A stretch of DNA of 64,000 nucleotides from an uncultured virus (IMG/VR IMGVR_UViG_3300008117_000258) (lineage: Duplodnaviria > Heunggongvirae > Uroviricota > Caudoviricetes), in IMG/VR virus record IMGVR_UViG_3300008117_000258; one strand, written 5' to 3'. The position numbers and the translations under genes were made by a program. The notes beneath the pieces are model-generated. The model saw only the letters and a program-made list of their open reading frames with translations, searched no databases and was not told the origin of the DNA. This document shows, piece by piece, positions 58,739 through 64,000 of this stretch (within the stretch, counting starts at the first letter, position 1; each line of letters starts with the position of its first letter).

Positions 58739-58963
58739 TCATTCTTCCTTGAATACTTCATTTTTTCCTTGAACAATAGAACGGCATGCCTCAAACGCTT
58801 TGCGTGTTCTGCGACTTTTCAAGAATCCTTTGCGTTCCCAGATTTGCTGGGTAAATAAAATATCTTGATCTATTTGGTATCTTATTTCTTTTACCGTAGT
58901 AACAATAAGATCCATTATTTTTGTTTTTTGTTCTTCTGTTAGTTCTTCTGTCCAGTCTACCAT
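58739..58963 (-). CDS. Hypothetical protein
   Basis: ORF coupled to upstream gene. Confidence 0.6.
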   Translation of the reverse strand: MVDWTEELTEEQKTKIMDLIVTTVKEIRYQIDQDILFTQQIWERKGFLKSRRTRKAFEACRSIVQGKNEVFKEE

Positions 58964-59652
58964 TGCTTCTTCTTCCAGTGTGTGTTTTTATACCATCCCA
59001 AAAAAACTGTATTTGCTTTTTCTGTGTTTTTAAAACCTTCTTCCAATATCTTATTGTTTTCTTTTAATTCCCATTTTTCATTTTTAAATGGTATTAGTTG
59101 TGCAATTGGGGTTCCTTGATGTATTACTCCCTCAAAGTTTTCTTTTAAAAAAAACGGAATACTTCCATGAGGTGCTAAAACATAACCACCCTCAAGAACT
59201 CCACTTAGTGTATAAAAAGGAAGATCGTTTCTGTTTAATGGGTGTGTAAACAAAATACTGTAGTCTTTAGGAACAGTAAAGGATCCAAAAGTTTTCCACA
59301 CCCAATGTTCGTTAGAGTATCCATGAGGCACTGGCAAAAAGGGATTACTTTGTGGATTTCTTTGATCTACTAACTGATCTCTATTTCTCCAAAAAAATGC
59401 CTGCTTGCCATTTTTAATAGAAACCATTATGTCTGCAGGTAAAAGTAAATGATATCCAGTTGTTATTGCTTCTAAAAATGGTGTACAGGCCTTAAATGTT
59501 CTGTCATCAACTTCTGAAAACTTTCCACTTAAAAATTTTGGAGTTTTCTTGTACCAGTCTGGCACAGTTGCAGATGCCTGCTTTACTGTTGGAAAATCAT
59601 TTTGAACTATAGAAGCATGCTCAAATGTTGGTTTATCTTTTTTAAATATCAT
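58957..59652 (-). CDS. DUF6065-like/dUTPase-fold phage accessory protein
   Basis: VPDWYK, KACTPFLEA.TTGY, HPLNRNDLPF, GVIHQGTPIAQ; paralog of 51566-52297. Confidence 0.65.
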   Translation of the reverse strand: MIFKKDKPTFEHASIVQNDFPTVKQASATVPDWYKKTPKFLSGKFSEVDDRTFKACTPFLEAITTGYHLLLPADIMVSIKNGKQAFFWRNRDQLVDQRNPQSNPFLPVPHGYSNEHWVWKTFGSFTVPKDYSILFTHPLNRNDLPFYTLSGVLEGGYVLAPHGSIPFFLKENFEGVIHQGTPIAQLIPFKNEKWELKENNKILEEGFKNTEKANTVFLGWYKNTHWKKKQW

Positions 59653-59654
59653 TA

Positions 59655-60356
59655 TTATCCAAACTCATACATTCCTATGTGTTTTGCTACTGCGTATGGA
59701 GCCAAATAAACTTTGCCCCCAGTTTTTATCCAGGACTTACAAAAATAATAATCTTCTGATAAAAGAGTGTTTGTTTCTTCATCAATTTCTAAACTAAAAA
59801 AGTTTTTTGTAGTTTTATTTTCACTGTTTTTAAACATTAAAGAATTATTTGTATAAGTTTCTGCATCTATTATATCAAATACTTCTCTCTTTATCAGCAT
59901 GTATCCCGTTCCAATTCCAGAAACTTCCTGTACTTCATTGTTGTCAAAAAAATCATTATTATTTTTTTGTGTAAAGACATAATTAAATCCATTTTTATGA
60001 AAATTAGAGTCTCCATTAAGCACGGAAGACCTAATCTTAATCCAATCAATCTTTTTTAAAGGATATAAACCACCAATAATATCTCTATCTTCTTTTACTA
60101 ATCTTATAACGTCTTTTGCATTAAAATAAATATCTGCATCAATAAAAAGTAAATGAGTTGAATCTGATTCTAAAAATAATTTTGTAAGGTCATTTCTTGC
60201 ACGATTAATTAGTGATTCATTATATATAAAAGCAGTTGAAAGACCCCATCCTTCTTTTTCAATCTCTTGCTTTAGTGCTAATATTGCTTTTGTGTATTCT
60301 CCACTGCACATGCCTCCATACATGGGGGTTGCTAAGAATATGCTTGGTGTTTTCAC
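59655..60356 (-). CDS. GT-A fold glycosyltransferase
   Basis: ATPMYGG, ESLINRARN, LFIDAD, GTGYMLIKR, LSEDYYFC. Confidence 0.8.
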   Translation of the reverse strand: MKTPSIFLATPMYGGMCSGEYTKAILALKQEIEKEGWGLSTAFIYNESLINRARNDLTKLFLESDSTHLLFIDADIYFNAKDVIRLVKEDRDIIGGLYPLKKIDWIKIRSSVLNGDSNFHKNGFNYVFTQKNNNDFFDNNEVQEVSGIGTGYMLIKREVFDIIDAETYTNNSLMFKNSENKTTKNFFSLEIDEETNTLLSEDYYFCKSWIKTGGKVYLAPYAVAKHIGMYEFG

Positions 60357-60454
60357 TTGTGTCCTTTCATATGTCTTACAAGTGTATCACTAGCCATCCT
60401 TGATCTTGACTCAATTTCTTTTTTGCATACTGGACATATAACTATTTTAGCCAT
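60353..60454 (-). CDS. 33-aa single C2H2-type zinc-finger peptide
   Basis: Manual translation MAKIVICPVCKKEIESRSRMASDTLVRHMKGHK; GGGAG RBS; GTGA overlap with next gene. Confidence 0.65.
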   Translation of the reverse strand: MAKIVICPVCKKEIESRSRMASDTLVRHMKGHK

Positions 60455-60506
60455 AACTACTCCCACTCTATGTTGTTGATACTAAGCCAATCAAGATAGT
60501 TAATGA

Positions 60507-60869
60507 TCATATTCCGTTTTCTTCCATATACTTTAATCTTTCTTCATATTTTTCCCAGTACGGAATATTATTTTCATCATAATCTGATCCAAGCATTTTT
60601 ACAACTGGATCATTTTTTAACTTTTCTGTGTAATATGTATCTAATTCATAAACTGTTCCCCACTTATAGTATGGTTTGTAAAATAGTTCTGACATAAAAG
60701 AATGATATTTATTTGTAAAACCCCAATCGCCTGCCTCATCTAAACGTATAGCCTTAATTAAATGGTAGTGACCAAAAATTTCACAAGAGTTAGCAAACCA
60801 TCTAAGCGGAAGTATCTTCGTCCTGTGTTGCTTGGTAAACCTCTCCAGGAACCCATCGTACTCTTCCAT
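60507..60869 (-). CDS. Hypothetical protein
   Basis: LPLRWFAN...KPYYKWGT; start uncertain (frame open to 60947). Confidence 0.55.
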   Translation of the reverse strand: MEEYDGFLERFTKQHRTKILPLRWFANSCEIFGHYHLIKAIRLDEAGDWGFTNKYHSFMSELFYKPYYKWGTVYELDTYYTEKLKNDPVVKMLGSDYDENNIPYWEKYEERLKYMEENGI

Positions 60870-61043
60870 ATTTATACTCTCTTTCATATCCAAGTGACTT
60901 CCAGTCCATCTTAATAATCTTAGGCTCTTTTGGCATTTACACACCAAATGTTTTCATCTTGCATTGTTTGATGGGCTTCCCAAAAGTATTCAGACTCTTT
61001 TGACATGTAACACTTATCACAAATATTTTTATTTTCCATTTTA

Positions 61044-61211
61044 TTATTCAAATGATTCCTGTGTTTTGTAAAAATCATCACTGCCAAACATAATATCTAT
61101 CATTTTGTTTTCAACTTTATCTAAGCATTTAGGGCATTGTTTAGTAGGTCTTGGAGTATCGTAATCAACCTCAAAGGCATAACCACAATCAAAGCATAAC
61201 ACTTCTGGCAT
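61044..61211 (-). CDS. Small zinc-ribbon protein (55 aa)
   Basis: Manual translation MPEVLCFDCG...CPKC; GGAGG RBS. Confidence 0.65.
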   Translation of the reverse strand: MPEVLCFDCGYAFEVDYDTPRPTKQCPKCLDKVENKMIDIMFGSDDFYKTQESFE

Positions 61212-61309
61212 TATAGATCCTCCATAATATAATCAAACACTTTTTCTACTACTCTATCAATTTCGTCAGGGTACTGAGACTCCAACTGACACACCCTACA
61301 ATCACACAT
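61211..61309 (-). CDS. 32-aa leaderless peptide
   Basis: MCDCRVCQLESQYPDEIDRVVEKVFDYIMEDL; TGCTATACT 6 nt upstream; TAATG coupling. Confidence 0.55.
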   Translation of the reverse strand: MCDCRVCQLESQYPDEIDRVVEKVFDYIMEDL

Positions 61310-61335
61310 ATACTAAGTATAGCAAGTAATAGAAC

Positions 61336-61680
61336 TTATTGCAAGTAATCTATTAATTCTTGTATTTTTTCTTTTGGCTCTGCGACCCACTCTAAAGCAT
61401 CTTCGCTTTGTAAAATATCTTTTAGATGAACAACTGCTTCATGTATTTCTCTTTTTAACTTATCACGCAAAAGAGTAGAGGCCATTTCAGCCGTGCCACA
61501 TCTAGGGCTAGTCCAATGGTCCAGTATATATCCGCTATGATGTGCCTCATAGTATGGTTCCTTTCCATATGAATAAGTCTTCGTAATGTACCAGTGACAA
61601 TCACGGTCTTTGTGATGATCTAAACTAACATATTTTTGCCACTTTGCCGTAAGTTCAATTAATTCATCTTCAAGTTTCAT
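61336..61680 (-). CDS. Hypothetical protein, leaderless
   Basis: DHHKDRDCHW motif; TTGACT-17-TATACT promoter at 61687-61715. Confidence 0.7.
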   Translation of the reverse strand: MKLEDELIELTAKWQKYVSLDHHKDRDCHWYITKTYSYGKEPYYEAHHSGYILDHWTSPRCGTAEMASTLLRDKLKREIHEAVVHLKDILQSEDALEWVAEPKEKIQELIDYLQ

Positions 61681-61765
61681 ATATCCAGTATATTCTTTTT
61701 GGGCTATAAAGTCAAGCCGTCAATAGGTTTTTAAGTTCGGCGACTTATAGAGGTTTTAAACCTTA

Positions 61766-62023
61766 CTAAGCCCTAAAAGGGCTATATCGGTTAATAGCCT
61801 TGTTTGCTGCCAATTCTGCATCTTCTTCTGTGTGGGTATATCCAAAAGTTATAACCTTAAACCCATTATATAGAGTCCATTTCCAAGGAATCGGGGGAAG
61901 AAAAAACTTATCCTGATTCTTAACAGGCTTACCATTAGATTTAACAGGAGGTTTATACTCCTCAATAACTATCTTAAGTGTCAAACCAATATCCCAACAT
62001 GAGTAGGCCAATAGTATAAACAC
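61766..62023 (-). CDS. Hypothetical protein (start uncertain)
   Basis: WKWTLY...GYTHTEEDA; true start probably nearer 61985. Confidence 0.45.
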   Translation of the reverse strand: MFILLAYSCWDIGLTLKIVIEEYKPPVKSNGKPVKNQDKFFLPPIPWKWTLYNGFKVITFGYTHTEEDAELAANKAINRYSPFRA

Positions 62024-62454
62024 CTATCGCAACAAGGTTTGGCAACACTATTTCTATACTCTGCATAGTAAAGAGGATCTTTGCGATATAGGTTAGCCTT
62101 ATGGCTATCAAGAACTCTCTTCAACTGTTCTTGGTTTTGCATCCAAAAAGGAGTAGCCTTACCCCAGTTTAATGAAAATCTAATTTCTAAGTCTTTTAGG
62201 TTTGCAACATTCTTGTCAGTCTTGATGCCACGAAACTCTGCTTCGTAAACCATATGGTCAATATAACTCTTTAGTTCATACTCACAGCCTTTCCACATAA
62301 GAACTGCTGGATGGTTTCGCCAAGCACCAGACTCAGATGCGCCAGATAGAATCTTAAGTATTTGATAGCCTTCTAGAATCTGCTTGTTAAGGCGCTTATT
62401 GTCTAGGGTTTGGGCAGTGTATTCGTAATCTGCTGAAGGTAGAAAGGTTTGCAT
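61981..62454 (-). CDS. Pyrimidine-dimer DNA glycosylase-like protein (MSMEG_6728/DenV-related)
   Basis: MQTFLP, LDNKRLNKQILE, WRNHPAVLMW, SHKANLYRKDP..Y, YYWP. Confidence 0.85.
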   Translation of the reverse strand: MQTFLPSADYEYTAQTLDNKRLNKQILEGYQILKILSGASESGAWRNHPAVLMWKGCEYELKSYIDHMVYEAEFRGIKTDKNVANLKDLEIRFSLNWGKATPFWMQNQEQLKRVLDSHKANLYRKDPLYYAEYRNSVAKPCCDRCLYYWPTHVGILV

Positions 62455-62494
62455 ATATCTATTATCTCAAGGTTTGCAGATAAAGTCAAGTCTT

Positions 62495-62725
62495 TTATAA
62501 ATGTATTTTATTGACAGGTTCTTTAGACCAATGTATATAAGATTTAATATACACTGCTGCATAGGCAATTGCTGCAAAGATAAAGCCATATTGCTTAGTG
62601 GTTACAGCATAGATAATCCATAGGAACTCGTTGAACAATAGCAATAGCCATCCCCAAATGGTCTTACGACCAACAAAGAATATGCCTGTTACACCGATTG
62701 CTGCTAATATATATGACCACCACAT
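62495..62725 (-). CDS. Small PnuC-like three-helix membrane protein
   Basis: Three hydrophobic helices, GW...LWIIYA...QYGF; leaderless promoter at 62732-62760. Confidence 0.65.
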   Translation of the reverse strand: MWWSYILAAIGVTGIFFVGRKTIWGWLLLLFNEFLWIIYAVTTKQYGFIFAAIAYAAVYIKSYIHWSKEPVNKIHL

Positions 62726-62773
62726 ATATCCATGATACCAGGTTTTGGCGGGGAAGTCAAGTATAATGAATCT

Positions 62774-63094
62774 ATGGCAATCCTATATCTAATATATAAC
62801 CCTATATTTAAAGCCTTCAAGATAGGTGTAGGAGATTTGTCTGGAAGTAGATACTCAGAGCATAGGCGTAAGGGATGGGTTCTGGTCAAGTATTGGTATT
62901 TCTCAGATAGATCAAAAGCCTTCAAGGTGGAGAAGATGGTTTTACAAACCCTAAAGAAGAGGTTTATATCTGGTTTTGTATCCAAAGAAAATATGCCACA
63001 GGGAGGGTTTAGCGAAACCTTTGATGCTTCTCAAACCTCATCTACTAAGATTATTAGAACAATAAACAGGGCGATCAAAAATTCGGGGAACTAA
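62774..63094 (+). CDS. GIY-YIG/T5orf172-like nuclease domain protein
   Basis: LYLI...KIGV...R..H...A..VE...GFSETF; leaderless start at 62774. Confidence 0.75.
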   Translation: MAILYLIYNPIFKAFKIGVGDLSGSRYSEHRRKGWVLVKYWYFSDRSKAFKVEKMVLQTLKKRFISGFVSKENMPQGGFSETFDASQTSSTKIIRTINRAIKNSGN

Positions 63095-63118
63095 AAGGAT
63101 GCTTCGTAATCCCTATAG

Positions 63119-63286
63119 TCATGAACCCATCTCTATAACACCCTTAGTATCCAGACATAGTTTGCATATCTCAAAGAACATAGTTCCAGAAGAATCTATC
63201 CTATAGTCATAATCACAGACATGTGGGGTTTTTCTCATATCGTTGAAACGCTTCCAAGGGTCTTGCATGAAGTCATCTATGTCCAT
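63119..63286 (-). CDS. Small hypothetical protein, leaderless
   Basis: TATACT 6 nt before ATG 63286; HVC...CKLC. Confidence 0.6.
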   Translation of the reverse strand: MDIDDFMQDPWKRFNDMRKTPHVCDYDYRIDSSGTMFFEICKLCLDTKGVIEMGS

Positions 63287-63521
63287 GTATCCAGTATATC
63301 GTATGGACAAAGGTTTGATATACCCCCCAAATATAGTACCAAATGTCTGGTTTGATACTAGATATGGTGGTTTGATAGCAAATTAAATGTTACTGATATT
63401 TTTATGATTTATCCTAAAGTGGAGGAAAGTGGAGCATAGTGGGTTATTGAGCATTTCTAAGAAGGGCGTTCGTAATGTCTTGGGGGCCCCAAACCTCATA
63501 TCCCCAAACCTTCCTAGCGGG

Positions 63522-63550
63522 ATTATACTCCAAACCTTCCTATTTGTCAA
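63522..63550 (-). promoter_or_regulatory. Consensus promoter
   Basis: TTGACA-17-TATAAT on minus strand. Confidence 0.85.
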
Positions 63551-63572
63551 ACCTCATATGCATGGTTTGGGC

Positions 63573-63601
63573 ATTATATACCAAACCTTTATAGTTGTCA
63601 A
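63573..63601 (-). promoter_or_regulatory. Consensus promoter (tandem with previous)
   Basis: TTGACA-17-TATAAT on minus strand. Confidence 0.85.
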
Positions 63602-63758
63602 GCCCATTTTATGCATAAAAAAATCCTACAAAAATGCAGAAAAATGTAGGAAAATCCAGCAAAAAGGTTTGAAAGGTTTGGAAAATATCCAGAAAACCAG
63701 GAAAAAAGGTTTGTTATTCTAATGGGGTTTATTACTATAGGGATTGGGATCTATTCTA

Positions 63759-63889
63759 AAAGTCCCGTGATTTTTTCTGAAGGGTTCGTAAAGGGTTATT
63801 GACAGAAATGGTTTGATGTGGTAGAATCCCCGTGAATTTTTGCGAGGGGTTCGTAAAGTCCCGTGATTTTTTTTAGAGGGTTCGTAAAG
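63759..63889 (+). repeat. Three ~31-bp direct repeats CCCGTGA-T-tract-GGGTTCGTAAAG
   Basis: Units at about 63763-63793, 63828-63858 and 63859-63889. Confidence 0.9.
63799..63827 (+). promoter_or_regulatory. Rightward promoter between repeat units 1 and 2
   Basis: TTGACA-17-TAGAAT with TG extension. Confidence 0.8.
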
Positions 63890-64000
63890 CGTGTTTCAAG
63901 AATTTTCGACAATTGAAAAAAACGGAAAGCAGCCTAGTCTATGCTAGTGCTGCTAACCATTTGTCCATAGTTTTTGTATCTGGATCTATGTCTAATAGGA

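Larger units (their letters stand above)
63312..63815. repeat. Cluster of 13 GGTTTG/CAAACC hexamers
   Basis: Copies at 63312, 63349, 63369, 63490, 63505, 63531, 63548, 63564, 63582, 63666, 63675, 63708, 63810. Confidence 0.8.

Noticed and set aside
63429..63722. 97-aa plus-strand ORF
   Set aside because: Runs through tandem promoters and the hexamer cluster with low-complexity translation; probably non-coding
63759..63889. Mini CRISPR array
   Set aside because: Units 2 and 3 are adjacent with no spacer, the only intervening sequence is a promoter, and the repeat middles vary
1..64000. Stop-codon reassignment
   Set aside because: Genes are full length and densely packed in the standard code; TAA, TAG and TGA all end genes; no suppressor tRNA

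Overview
The whole window is one AT-rich segment of a large siphovirus-type phage genome, very probably infecting Actinobacteria: it has whiB, many leaderless promoters and a gene order like large Streptomyces phages. A host-like surface protein hints at freshwater acI-type hosts (inference). Plus strand 1-56060 runs: head-tail joining genes, major tail protein, two tail chaperones, a 2702-aa tape measure, minor tail genes; a replication/recombination module (DnaB, primase, SSB, DnaE, RecA, Cas4-like nuclease, RuvC-like); terminase; a secreted/surface-protein block; protease, Hsp20 and endolysin genes; and accessory enzymes (halogenase, glycosyltransferases, methyltransferase). Minus strand 56064-63286 holds five tRNAs, a carbamoyltransferase and many small, individually promoted genes. 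The last ~700 bp are a non-coding, promoter- and repeat-dense control region. Most unusual observations: (1) a repeat-flanked ~318-aa cargo domain inside the tape measure; (2) tail chaperones G and GT made by gene duplication rather than frameshifting; (3) a host-surface remodelling block; (4) a ROSE-like hairpin on hsp20 and a palindrome plus pseudoknot ahead of the endolysin; (5) a DnaE-MazG fusion. At least three lesions (near 28470, 35262, 39871) could be assembly artefacts and need read-level checks. No database searches were run; all family calls are motif recognition by eye.
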